Shown: in pieces, positions 27,132-40,788 of the stretch | Layout: every line of letters starts with the position of its first letter | How positions within the stretch are numbered: the first letter of the stretch is position 1 | NCBI RefSeq assembly: GCF_026210795.1 | Contig: NC_089434.1 | Coordinates: forward strand, 310,001 to 374,000 | Direction of reading: 5' to 3' | DNA length: 64,000 nucleotides | Source of the DNA: Rhizophagus irregularis | Taxonomy: Eukaryota | Notes under the pieces: model-generated | What the model saw: only the letters and a program-made list of their open reading frames with translations | Told to the model about the DNA's origin: nothing | Database searches by the model: none | Translations under genes and position numbers: made by a program

Positions 27132-28759
27132 TTATCTATTGAATACAAATGTACAATTATTGAAAATTGATCCGTTTCCTTTAAAAATATCCTGTAAAGT
27201 TTCAGTTTCATTTATTGTCAATTTGTTGGATTTGTTAGAAAATGGAATTCGGCTTTCTTGATTGATTTCAGCTAATTTTATTAATAGAAATCAATAAAAT
27301 AAAATAAAATAAAACAAACTATTAATAAATTACCTTTAAAAATTTCGCGTGCACTAGTAAAAGTTGATTTAAGTTCAATTGGTGTTAATGCTTGCTTATC
27401 TGGCATTGAAAAATGTGGCAAAGGTTCTAAAACATCTAAAATTCCATATTGTATAATTAGTATATTGAAAATCAATTTAAAAATTAAAATTAAAACTCAC
27501 CCGAGCCTTCCATTTGATCATTATCTATAAGAACGTTCATTAAGTTGTTTAAACTAACATTCTGCATTTTTTCTTTAGTTCTTTCATAGCTAGTAAATCC
27601 TGAATTTGATTTATGCCGGGTAATTGCCATAACTTCATTGTCACTAGTACCAAGTTCTTTCAATATTCCTACTAAACTTTTTCGGGCGCTATGGTTGCTG
27701 ATCTTTCGATTGCCAATATCAATACCACATTCTATTACAATTTCATGTAAAAAATTTTTTAATCGCTTTTCACCAACATGAAACTTTTGAAACCAACGAT
27801 TATAAATAATATAATCTATAAATAAATAAATAAGTTAACTAATAAATGTCATATTACTGAAAAAAATAGCATAAAATGATAAAGTACATTGAACTCACCA
27901 TCTTCAGACACATATTCTCTTAAATAGAATTCTTTATCGGCATTACCTGGTCTTTTAGAAAAATATTTGTTATAAGTTTCCATTATCATTGGATGATATA
28001 GAATTCTTAATTTTTCATCATTTAATGAGCCATTAATACCCCTTTGATTTGTTTTACTTCGAGGAATATTTACATCAAAACCCTGACCATCAGCTCTAAA
28101 CTTAAAATGAGAATATTGTAATGAATAGTGCTCACCACCTCTAAGAGCTAAGAATAATGCATTTAAAAAAAAGACTTTTTTTAACAATCCAGTGGGTGTG
28201 TCAATGTTTAATACTGGTGAATACAGTATTTTTTTACATTCTTCAACAGAAAGACCATCAGCTCCTTGAACATTGGCCTTTCCTTGTTCTGCTACATGTT
28301 TCATTTTGCCATCTAATACATCATATAATATTGGAAATTGTTTTCTTGAAGTAAAATCCATTGGAGATAGTGATGATAAATCATTTAAATGTCGGTTTAA
28401 TGCATGTATAGCACTGAGGATAGATCTAGCCTTGTATTCTTCACCAGAATTAGTCTTCATAACTGTTACGAAACTACAGATTTGACTTTCTAATTCCTTT
28501 CTATCAGTAATATCTATGCTTTTACCAGTAAATCCAGCTTTTTCACGAAAGTTTTCAAATTGGTGAACCCAATTTGCTGTGGATTTATCTGTATTTACTA
28601 CTCTTGACTTCTTTTTGAAAAAATTTATTTCGTCTTCTGTAGGTAAATAAAACTTGAATAGAAAATATTGTATTAGCAAATTAATATAACAATATTTTGG
28701 TAATAATAACAACATACTTTATCATTATTTATTTTATTTTTGTTAGTTTTTTCCTTCAT
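27132..28759 (-). CDS. Crypton-type (DUF3504-like) tyrosine recombinase, 5 exons, ~450 aa
   Basis: Exons 28759-28718, 28652-27899, 27815-27501, 27435-27334 and 27271-27132 give an open 1353-nt frame. Catalytic motifs: LRGGEH (R), SKTNQ (K), NHSAR (HxxR), RHKS (H), TSYER (Y). The C-terminus has FNNCTF. Confidence 0.88.
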
Positions 28760-29020
28760 TATTAAAATAAATAATAGAATAGGTTGAAAGAAAAAAATGT
28801 GTAAAGAAAAAGTAGGGTATTTAAAAAGTGTATATAAAAAAGAATGTGTAAAAGAAAAAACGCGTAAAGAAAAAATGTGTACAAATGAGTGGATTTAAAA
28901 GAAAGTTTAAATAAACTTTTAAACGCGTAAAGAAAAAGACGCGTAAAAATTGAAATTTAAAAGAAAGTTTAAATAAACTTTTAAAACATGATCTTGGTGG
29001 TCTGCCACAATAAAATCATT

Positions 29021-29161
29021 ATTAGGTAAGAAGTATTCAATATTACCATTTTGACCATCAACATTATATGATTGGCCATTGTGCCACTACGTGGCACAAT
29101 AACGGCCAATCATTTAACATCGACGGTCATAAATCTTCATATTGAATACTTCTTACCCAAT
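29021..29161. repeat. ~140-bp imperfect palindrome (fold-back)
   Basis: Nested arms GGTAAGAAGTATTCAATAT/ATATTGAATACTTCTTACC, ATGATTGGCC/GGCCAATCAT and ATTGTGCCAC-tac-GTGGCACAAT. Confidence 0.9.
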
Positions 29162-29924
29162 AACTATATAATACTAGTTGATATAATCCTTAGTTTATAA
29201 GAAAATAGTTTGTAGTATTTTATTACTTGGCTATAATTATTATCATGTAGTAATGTATTGAAAGTGAATATCTCGATTTTATTCCACAATAAAGATCATT
29301 ACATAATAAAAAATAAACATTCAATACTATCCAAACGTTTGACTGTCATTGTAAATTAAGTATGTTATGATTTTTATGATAGTAAAACCAAAGGAACTGA
29401 AGGTCACATGCACGATTTTATTAGAAACTCATTTGACGCTTTAGGATTCCGATGAATTTGAGGATATTTTAAATTAACAATTTTTATACATATTTAAATT
29501 GGGCTGTATACATTAAATAAGTGAACAATTAATAAAGTATAATTAATACAAATTAAGAATTCATACTGAAATGATTTTACAGAGAAATATTACATGGTTA
29601 AGAATTAACTGCTAGTATTCGATATTTTTGGAACCTAAGATCAGTTAAATTTGCGCAACCTTTATCACGTGATTTTAAACTTTGTCCTAATGAATAAATT
29701 AGCTAATATTACCACGCTAATATTGTAATCGTGTTCACATGGATAATAAAAATAAAAAAATTACCACGCTAATATTTATCAGATCATATAAATTTACTTT
29801 TTTATTTATAGTCACACAAACCGAACATTTAAATCGGACAAACACTCCGTTCTCAACTTTTTTTTTAAAAAAATTTAATCACTTTTTTCTGTCCAGTTTA
29901 AAATTATTGCGAGAAAATTGTATT

Positions 29925-30780
29925 ATGTCTGATTAATATTTTTTTTTTTATTTGGATAATAATAAAAGAATTAGAAGGTAAAAATAATGGATATGTATTA
30001 AAAAATGTATGAAATGTTTGATTATTTCTTTTACCTTTTTAGTAAAAATTTATTTTCAACAGTATTACATAGTAAATCATATAATTGCTTCTAATATCAC
30101 AGTAAGTATTTATTAAAATCATATGAATTCATATAATAACAGATTATTAATTAATTTTTATTTTTAGTTGATGATTTAAACAATTCAAATATGATAACAC
30201 GTCCAAAGAAAGTGACATTATTTAAAAGGTAATTAATCATTTAAATTTTTTTCTATTAGTATTAATATATGGCCACTTGATTTTCTGATTTATTTTCTTC
30301 ATCAGATAATAGTGAAGAATTATTCAAATCATTTAATATATTACAAATAAATCCAAATGAAGGTATATAAATAAATCATTCTATTTTGATTATAATTTCA
30401 TATCTTGGAATATGATATTAAAATATAGTGTCAAAATTAATAGTAGCAATTGTAATTAATTAATATAATATTTATTTTATCTTTCACTTTTTTTTATTAA
30501 TTTTATAGATGAAGACAAAGTTTAAGACGATTAAACTTTCATTCAAAGAAGTAAGATGAATTAAAAATTCCCAGATGACAAGTATTTTAACATTACTATA
30601 TATTAGTATATACATTTATATATTTTAAGAAACATATTTATTTGGCTGCACTTTATTTATTAATCAATAGTATATTATTTTGTTACTTTTTTTCTTATTT
30701 AGAATTATTCAAGCATTAAGTTATGGAGTACTAGATAAAATTTTTTTATAAAATTTTAGTTTTTAATTTGAATAATTCAT
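29925..30780 (+). pseudogene. Kinase relic K3: start codon fused directly to the tail region, kinase domain deleted
   Basis: A degenerate promoter block (~29810-29850) and ATGTCTGAT at 29925 are followed immediately by intron-2-like sequence, decayed tail exons and a 3' flank. Confidence 0.8.
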
Positions 30781-31634
30781 TGTTTTTGTACAGACTTATT
30801 CATTAAGTAGTATATTAAAATGTAATGATTTATGATATTAATTTTAATAATTTATATATCTCAATTATTGTTATGCAGATTAATATATGTAGTAAAAGTT
30901 ATTTGAGTTTACAATAAATAAATTGGAAAAGCAACAATTAAATTTCATATTACTTAAGTGAGGTTGTTATTTAACCATATAGATTGTTCTTAATGTACTG
31001 ATTAATCATTGAACTTTTTAAATCTGTGAAGGATTTATCAAAAAGATATAATAATGTTAATCTTTTGAATATGAAGTTAATAAGCAAAAGAACAAATTTT
31101 CAATATCATATTGAATTTAGAATTCAATCAAATTTATAGTTGGTTAAATTATTGCAAAATAACCATAGTGCAAGCTGAAGATAGTATTACGTAATATAAC
31201 CTTACAAACTTGATGTATAACCAAACAATATTTCTGTAATTTAAAGAAAACACTAAAATCATCATATCTCGGTTAATATTGATTAAAGTATATATCATTT
31301 GATTTGTCTCATTGAGACAAATCCATAAAAAAATAAAAATCTTAATCAAATCATTGGATCAAATGTTATAGCGAAAATTTCCTGGGTATTAAGAGTTCAG
31401 GGTTTTAAGGAATTCTGAGTTTAAGGTTATGACTGATCAATCAGATTTTGGAAAGCAATTTTGACTTTATATTGATCAGCTTTGATAAAATATGATATTG
31501 ATTTAGTACTTTTAGTAATCTTTAATCATAATGTATACGATGTATATATATACTGTATATATATAATATTTATCCCGTATTACGATTCTTTAATCTTTTT
31601 AGCAACGAGTTGCATAAAAAACTAAAATTACACC

Positions 31635-32808
31635 ATGTTTAATAAAGCCAACACATTTCAAAATTTAAATAATTGTGCTGATGATTGTGATGTAAATATT
31701 CAAATTGGTGAAGGATCTAATTCAGAAATTTTTAAAGCACATTCTAATATATTACGTATTAGATCAACTTATTTTAATACAGCTTTATCATCATATTGGG
31801 CAAAAAAAGAAGGAAATATTTTTATATTTAAAAAGCCAAATATTAAACCTGATATCTTTAGAATTATTTTAAATTTCATTTATACTGGAACCATATCTTT
31901 ATTAGATATAAATAGAGATAAAGATGATAAATTGAATGAATTACTTATTGCAGCAGATGAAATTGGATTAAATAATGAATTAATTGATTATATTCAAATA
32001 CATATTAATGAATTATCTAAGGAAAATATTATTTTATTATTTAATACTCTTAAGATGATTCCTTGTAATCAAAGAAATTATAATAATATTATTAATTATA
32101 TTATTGAATATACATTGGAATTTTTTAATGATTATGATGATTATAATTTATTTTTAAAATTATCAGATGATTCTTTAATTTCACTTATTAAAAATGATTA
32201 TTTTCAAATGAAAGAAATTGATATTTGGAATAATTTAATAAAATGGGCTATTGCAAAAAATCCAACTATTAGTTCTCATACATCTAACTGGAAATCTAAG
32301 GAAATTGAAATTATTAAGAATACAATTCAAAAATTTATTCCATATATTAGATTCTTTCAAATTTCACCAGATGATTATTATGAAAAAGTACATCCATTAT
32401 CTGCACTTTTACCTAATAAACTTAAAAAAGAAATTAATTTACATTTTATAGATTCAAGAATTCCAATAAGTACAAAAATTTTACGACCAAGAATTTTTAT
32501 AAAAAAGCAAAGATGGAATTATTATTGAAGGTTACATTGAGGTGGATCTAATAAATATCTTTTAACATATGATAGTTTTATTTTTTTTTTTTTCATTTAA
32601 ATCAATTAAAGACCCATTTTTTAAGTAGAGCCAGAAATATTAACTATGCAATTTATTGATTCAAAGAATGATAAAACTTGGTTTTAGTTATAAATTATGA
32701 TCTTCAAATATTAGCTAATACATAATTACTCACATAGATTATGGAAGAAATATTATTTCACCTGGAATTTTTAATATTGAAGATTATGAAGTATTTCAAG
32801 TTGGATAA
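31635..32808 (+). CDS. BTB/POZ-BACK domain protein (ORF 31635-32528) with a decayed TLDc-like C-terminal remnant
   Basis: Motifs DVNIQIGE..FKAHSNILRIRSTYF..KPNIKPDIFRIILNFIYTG and EIDIWNNLIKWAI. An out-of-frame FNIEDYEVFQVG* lies at ~32770-32808. Confidence 0.8.
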
Positions 32809-33698
32809 ATATAAAATATTGAATAACATGTTTTGTTTTTTTCTTGTATGCATATAATTTTATATATATAATAAACATGATCTCTATCATCAAAACATAA
32901 TAACATCAATAAAAAATGTATACTCTTATTAAATTACAAATTCATTAATATATTTCAACAAAATTTATAATTAGTTAATATAATGAACAAATTAATAATC
33001 GATCAAATTAATGCCAGAATGAAACCATCATAATGCGAGCTGAAAAATTACTATATATTCCAACCACGTGATATTGTCGTTACGAATTATCAATTGAAAA
33101 ACATATTACTGTTAAAATTTAAATTACAAATTATTGTCTTTTATCATTATTTATCGTAATGAAATATGAAAATTTATTATAATTTATTATGAAAGTAATT
33201 GACATTTACCAATATTTTGGACATGTAAGTTACCAATAGTTTTTTTTATCTTATTAAATCACGTACTGCATATGAAATTAGTAAATTAAAATAATCAACT
33301 CATATGACTACAGTAGCTCTATTACTTAGATGAATATATATAAATTTTTAAGTAAAAAAAAATAAACAAACCAACCTAGTTATAATTATTTGTTTATCAA
33401 ATTTTATTAATAATATAATTTTTGTACAGTAATTTCTCCCAAATAATTCAAAAAGTTAATTACTAACCTTATTATTATGTAAATTTACGAAATAATACTG
33501 TATTTACCAAATGTAGAAATCATAAAATTTTAATCACAATTGATGTATGTCCACCGAGAACTAAAGATCCAGTAGAATTTTCTACTTTTGGTGTTGATCA
33601 CTTTTTTGAGGTTGATAGATCCGATGCCATCTGTATATAACGATAAATAAAGTATACTCCGTTTATAATCACATGATTACATACTAAGACCTGCACTT

Positions 33699-33899
33699 CC
33701 ACAGTAACACCACTAAATTTTTCACTCCACGTGACCTAATAATATTCATCACCGGCATCACACCCCACCGCGTTTTCACTGTTTATATTTATCCGAGGGA
33801 CGGTTTTTTTGCCTTCCAAAATTATTTTTCACAACCCCTTAAATGTCACCGGTCACGTGGGGTGAAATTTTAATTATAAAATTGGTGGTGTTACTACGG
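33699..33899. mobile_element. ~200-bp MITE-like element
   Basis: Inverted ends AGTAACACCAC/GTGGTGTTACT plus an inner pair TTTCACTCCACGTGACC/GGTCACGTGGGGTGAAA. TA is present on the right flank only. Confidence 0.6.
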
Positions 33900-34271
33900 T
33901 AAATCTAATACCTGGAAGTATTAGCTGTGGATAACTCATTACGCTATATCCTAAGTCCTAACTTCTATTATTCTGCAGTTAAAGTAAATTAGTATCTCTA
34001 TGAAATCGTACCAAAAAATAAAATAAAATAAAATTCATTTATTTCATCTATAAAATTTTGCATAATATCCTTTCAAATAATTTAAAATCATTTAATTTTA
34101 TATTACAAAAACTTCCATTCTCTTACAAAATTTTACGTTTTTAGTCAAAATCTGGATGAATTTTTTATTGAATTTTTTTTTGCGTAGCTCTTTAATTTTA
34201 TCCAGTGAACCTTATTTAATTGCTAATTATTATACGCCAAATTTACCATTACTATAGGACATGCATTTTTT

Positions 34272-34546
34272 CAGGGCTGGGACTTAGATAATACCAGCAA
34301 GCATCAGATAAATTCTGGCTGACATTATGTATAAGAATTTTGTGGAACCAATTACTAATTTATTAAATTTTATATTAAATACAATTCCATGAAGCTTATT
34401 TACAAATGAATTTCATTATTAATAAAGCTATGAATAAAGATTAAAGAGGACCCCGGAAGAGGTAACAATACAGAGTTTGTACCAAACTAACGTGTTGATT
34501 TTCCTTTTTTAGGTAAGTCCGGTGGCATTATGTAATTCTGGCCCTG
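34272..34546. mobile_element. Degenerate MITE-like element with CAGGGC ends
   Basis: CAGGGCTGGGACTTAGATAATACCA versus the reverse complement CAGGGCCAGAATTACATAATGCCA. A similar end occurs at ~25894. No TSD is retained. Confidence 0.45.
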
Positions 34547-36701
34547 AAGAGAAATCTATAATTATTTATATATTGCTCGGAGTCCTGAAAAATGAATTGT
34601 CGCGAAGTTTATTTTAAAAGCTATAAATTCTATGAAATAGACTTGGTATGTATTAAATCCTGATACCAGGTATATATGTTTCCCCAATATCCTAGATCAT
34701 GAGTTTTGTAATGTTGATAAAGTCAATTCTAAATTTTACAATAATATTAACACATTCATATTTTCCCTACTTTTATTTTTAATTTTATAGAGAAAAATAT
34801 TATACATGAAAATAACGTTCCAGAAGCTAAAATGAAAAATACTAAATTATTTAATAATTAATCAAATTTCAAGATTAGATTTTTATTTGGTCCGCAGTCA
34901 AAAAATTTATATGTATGCGAGATCGATCTGGATATAATCCTGATTTTTTTTTGTGTAATTCGGATGATTGTATTTATAAACCAAAATGTAATTAGTTCTA
35001 ATTTATTTTATGAAATAACTAGGTGCTAAAAGTAGTTAGTTCCCGGTTAGCCAAAGAAACTTAATTACTTAAAAACCTTTTAATTTTATATCATAAAAAA
35101 TTTTGAAATAAAACACTTATGTTGGATAAATAATGTATATAATTCTTTTCGTTAAATTCAAGGATCATATTGTTTATCTGAAGTTCTACAACAAATTTCT
35201 TAATTTTACTTTGCTATATTTATTATATTTATTATATTTATGCAATTTCACGTGTTTAACAAAATTTAAATGAGAAATAAATAAATCTTGACATTTTAAA
35301 ATCCAAATTTAAAATGTTAATAAATATGCAGAAATTTATATTTGAGTTTACGAACAAATTTTCTTTTGTGATAATTCCTACCGAGATTTTATTAACTTAG
35401 TTTTTTTAGATACTGGCGATACTGGCTGACGTTACTTGCCTCTGTATATATACAGCAGTGCTTAGCCCGCTCATATTATAATTTATAGTTACTGTTGTTC
35501 GATTTTCCAATATTTTTATGAAACATCCAATTCCTATTGGTCACCACAGTATTCCTAACTAATGACCGGCAATTATTGGATGATGTCTGTCGAAGATCGA
35601 TATTTCTATTCTCCATCCAATAGCTATTTAACATTGTACGGTGTCGTATTTATTTGTATTGATTATTGCCTGATATCAATATTGTACGATAATGGAAATA
35701 TCGATCAAATAAAAATTAGCACCTATAAGGCCGTGCGATAAATTAGTTTAATCATTAACGAAGATTTAATAATATCAGATATAATCACAAGATCTAAGAA
35801 TGTTTACTGATTATGTACAATAGATAATATCATGTAATAAACATTAGATATTAAAGAATTTTTAGCTAGTTCAGGTTAATTGAACCGTTAGAATGTTGGA
35901 AGAAATAAAATTATTTAAAATAATAGGTTTGAATATTCAAATTCACAAAAATTTTCATAAAGCTATTCATTTTAAATTAATTTTATCTTTCTTCCTTTTA
36001 TTTAATAAACTATAGCCGTTCAAGATTATAAATTTTAATATACTCTTTTGATACAAGCTTAGTAGTATTTGCAAAGAAAAGAATAAAATAATTCTTTATA
36101 CTGTTTGTATACCATTTAATAAACATTTCATTCAATAATTTTGTTTAGTTTATTTTTACGTCACTTCTCTGTCATAAAAAAATTCGATTATTTTTTTTTA
36201 TCATTGTGAAATATTTCTATGGTAATAAATTAATATAAAATAAAAATAAATGTTCTTTGATAAAATATTATGTACACGAATATCGCGAAAAATCAAATAA
36301 AAGTATTATATTAAAAAAAAACTAACAATAAATGTATTAAATAATAAGAATAATCATAAGAAATATTTAAAATAAATGTTTTTTGCCATTTATTTATTTA
36401 TTTTTTTTGATTAAAAGCTATAATCGTTTTAAGATGAATGTTCTTATGCTTTGAATAAAAATCAAGAAAATTATTAATTATTTAAGTACAAAAATTTTCT
36501 AGTACTCAGTTAATTTGCTGTGCCACATTACAAACCAATTAAATTTAGGTTAAGGCTATCTTACTAAATTCGTTGAACATATAGTCACATGATAGTCACA
36601 CAACATTTGGTAATACATAAAACGGATGAAAAACTCCGCTCCTAAATTTTTTTAAAATTTTTTTTTTCACGATTTTAAACATTTTATAAGAAAATTACAT
36701 T

Positions 36702-39060
36702 ATGTCTGATATACGATATGAATTAGTTAATGCTGCAATTAATAGAGCAATTACATCAATAGATTATAATATTTATGATGATTTTCATAAACAACATGAA
36801 TTTAAAAAACAAACTATACTTGCTAATAATTCTCTTACAAATGATGAAAAAACTTATGCAATAAAAAATTTGAATAAGACATATGACAAAAATAAAATTT
36901 TTTATAATGAAGGAACAAGAAGAACTTGTGAAAATTGTAACCAAGAATGTTTAGCTACATTATATTGTGAATATTGTGTTCAAAATTATTTAAAAGCAAA
37001 CTTTTCAAATTGGACATCTGGAAATAATGATATTGATAATTTAATACAAAAATGTCAAATTGAAACACTTAGACCAGATAAAATAATTGAATGGATTCCA
37101 TATAATAATTTACAAAATATTGAATATTTAACAAAAGGTGGATTTTCTGAAATTTATACAGCAGATTGGATTGATGGAGGATATGAAGAATGGGATTCTA
37201 AAGAACAAAAATTAATAAGATTTGGAAGACAAAATGTAATACTTAAAGGTTTAGAAAATGTTGAAAGTGCAAATCAAAGATGGTTTGAAGAGGTTTGTAA
37301 TTTAATGTTATTTTATTATTATTTTCAGTTTTAGTAAATAATAAAATTTTATTATGTATATAGGTAGAATCACACTTAAAAATAAGCAATAAATGGCCAC
37401 AAATTGTTCAATGTTATGGTTTAACACAAAATTCATCAAATGGAAATTATATGCTTGTAATAAATATTATGGATATAGATTTAAGAAAATATATACAACA
37501 AACTCAAAATCAACTTTTATGGAAAGAAAGAATAAAAATTGCTTATGATATAACTCTTGCACTCAAGGTTATTCACAGGGAAAATGCAATTCATAGAGAT
37601 TTACATTCTGGAAATATATTGTATTCGGAACTAAATCAAAATTGGCGTATTAGTGATCTTGGATTTTGTGGACCTGCAGATAAATCAACAGAAAGTATAT
37701 ATGGTAATCTTCCTTACATAGCGCCAGAAGTTATTTCTGGAAAGAATACTACAATAAAATCTGATATTTATAGTATTGGAATGTTATTGTGGGAAATTTC
37801 ATCTGGACAACCTCCTTTTAATTATTATGAAAATGATTATAAACTTGCATTGAATATTATTAATGGAATGAGACCAAAAGTAATATCAGGAACTCCTTTA
37901 AAATATGAAAATTTAATGAAACAATGTTGGGATGCTGATCCATCAAAAAGACCTGATATTAATACACTTGAAGGTGAAATTTATGCACTTCTGCAATATT
38001 ATCAAAATATATCAGATGAAATACTTCAACAAGAAACAAATATTAATTTAGAAAAAAACATTCTAATAAACAACACAATGTCAAAACATATAAATAGTAA
38101 ACTGTTTACAAGTAAAATTCATCAATTTAAAAATTTACCTGAACCAAAAAATGCAGCAGAAGGTATATTTTAATATTTATTATATTTATTGACAATTAAT
38201 AGTTTTTCTTTTAAAATATTAATATTGTTTTTAATTTAAATAATAATAGAAGAACAAGAAGGTAAAAATAATGGATACTATGTATAAAAATATGTGAAAT
38301 ATTTGATGATTTTTCTAACTTTAAAAAAAAAAAATCATTTTTAATAGCATTTCATAGTAAATCATATGATTGCTTTAATATTCCTGATAATAGTAAGTAA
38401 TTAAATATATTGATACAGTATATACAATGCAAATTATTAATTATTTTTTATTATTACTAGTTGAAGATTTTAACAATTCAAGTAATCAAAATTATGCTGG
38501 CACATCCAAAGCAAGTAGTATTTTAAAAGGTAATTAATCATTTAAATATTAATTTTTTTTTTTGTAACAATATGAACTTATAGTTGTTTGATTTTTAATT
38601 TGTAACAATTATAATTATTAATTTGTCTTTGAATAATTTTTAGACGATAGTAAATCATTTAATGAATTACAAATAAAATCAAATAATGGCAAGTAGATAA
38701 TTATTCTGTATTTGATTAGAATTCCCATTCCTTGAAATATAACATATTTTACATTTTTATAGATAATCAAATCAATTACGGAAAAGAAATAGTTGAACAA
38801 CAACAAATAAAGCAATATAATCTCAACATTGAAGGTACGTAAAATTGCAATAATGATTAATTATGTAATATTCGTTATATATCTTTTTTTTTATAGATGA
38901 AGATGAAACTTATGATGATAAAAACTTTCATTCAGAAGAAGATGATGTATTCGAAATTCCGGATGGCAAGTATTTCACCATTATGTTCTTTATATTTTTG
39001 CAAGAAACATAGCTATTGCATTTATTTATTTATTAATTAATTAATTTAGATGGATTTTAA
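36702..39060 (+). CDS. TKL-type protein kinase K4, 9 exons
   Basis: Exon 1 36702-37292, exon 2 37364-38162, then seven tail exons ending DGF* at 39060. GC donors at 38689 and 38966. Confidence 0.92.
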
Positions 39061-39869
39061 ATTATTTAATATCCGACGGAATATATTTTATTACTTTTTT
39101 TTGCTTTTTATTTAGAATTATTTAAACACTAAGTATAGAGTAGTAGGTAAAATTTTTTACAAGTTTCTTTCTTAGTTTGTAATTTAAATAATTCGCTATT
39201 TTTATTATTATTGTTATATAACTTCGTTATTCATTAAATTAACTTTTTCGATAACATAAAAATTTTGATCTACTGCAAATAAAATTATTTTGTATACGGG
39301 AGTGAGAAGTATGATACTAATTTAATGAGTTTACACTTTATAATAAATAAGTCATAACACTGTCGTAACGATAGGATCAATTAATGACTAAAATTTTTAT
39401 ATTTGAACAAAGTGGATATGATTTGTTTGTTAAATTATGTTCAATTGCTGTATAAAGGATCATTAAAAGAACGTAATAAAATTAACTCTTTCAATGATAT
39501 AAAATAAGTAAAATAGAAGTATAAAAATATTTCAGCTCTCTATCAATTTATCACGTGCATTTTTAGTCCTGATGATCATGAACGAAACCATCATAATTCT
39601 TACTGAAATTACACTCAATCACGTGATATTTCCGTTAACGTTAACGATATGGTTAATTGTTATAAAATGCAGTATTTAAATAATTTTAATATATAATTTA
39701 ATGATAATTACAAAATATTGGATCATTAACAAATTACATGTAAATATGTGGAATGTATGGATAATTTAATAATGAACTATATTAAAATTTGAATTACAAT
39801 TTATTTCATCATTGGTAACGAAATATGAAAATATTTAATTCCCGTTTACTAATATTTGGGTAAGTAATA

Positions 39870-40390
39870 CACAGTGAAATTCGATAAACCGGATCTATCG
39901 GTTCCACTAAAAATATCCGGTTTATCGGGATATCCGGTTTAGCGAAAAAATTTCGATATATTGAAAATCTATTATTGAATTTTTAAAAAATTTTCATGCT
40001 AATAAAACTAATATACACTATAATTTGATTTTTTCATCTAGTTTTAAGTTATAGAGGTCATGAAAATGAATATAAAATATTTTAATTGAATATATAAGTA
40101 ACACTTAACTTCAGCCGGAATTAAGATTTTTATAATTCCGGCCAAATTCAAAATTTACCGAATCACGTTACTTAAATTTTATTGGTTACCAGTCACGTGA
40201 TCCGGTTTATCGAATCATTTTTACTATAGCTGGTTAGAAAATTGATCCGTTATAGCGAATATCGAGCTTTTACTAGTAAACTCCGGTATATCGAGCCTAT
40301 TTTAATATACGTGATTTGGTTCCAGCAAAAAAGTCCGGTTTAGGCCCAAATCCGGTTTATCGAATATCCGGTTTATCGAATTTCACTGTG
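39870..40390. mobile_element. Tc1/mariner-superfamily MITE, 521 bp
   Basis: Perfect 25-bp TIR CACAGTGAAATTCGATAAACCGGAT with a TA TSD. The empty site is visible in the paralogous flank at ~44450. Confidence 0.93.
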
Positions 40391-40788
40391 TATTATTTCA
40401 TCCTTTAAAGTGTATTAAAATCACATACACAATTATAACTATAGAAACTACAAGGCTAAAGCAATAAATTCTAGACTCTACTATTTAGATGGGAATGGCT
40501 CAAAGCCAGCTTATCTGTTATTACTTTATCACAGTATCGATAGAATCAAAATTGGGACTTCGTAACTTTATTAATAACTTTAAATTAGTATTATTAATAT
40601 ATGGATATTCTTGGCCATAGTGCATTTGAATAATTAATGTTAGTTTAGTCTACTAGTCACATAGTTGTAAGATACTTTTCCTTCAAAGAGGCACAAGAAA
40701 ATTCTGTTTATTTGTTAAGAACGCCCGCAGTAGTTGACCTATACTATCAGTAACTTTATTTAACAAGCTCGTCTACAGTGTGCTTCAT

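Noticed and set aside
22966..29190. One large TAGGGAT-ended element carrying the orphan ORF and the Crypton gene
   Set aside because: Flank homology does break at ~22965, but no convincing matching TIR or TSD was found at the candidate right ends.
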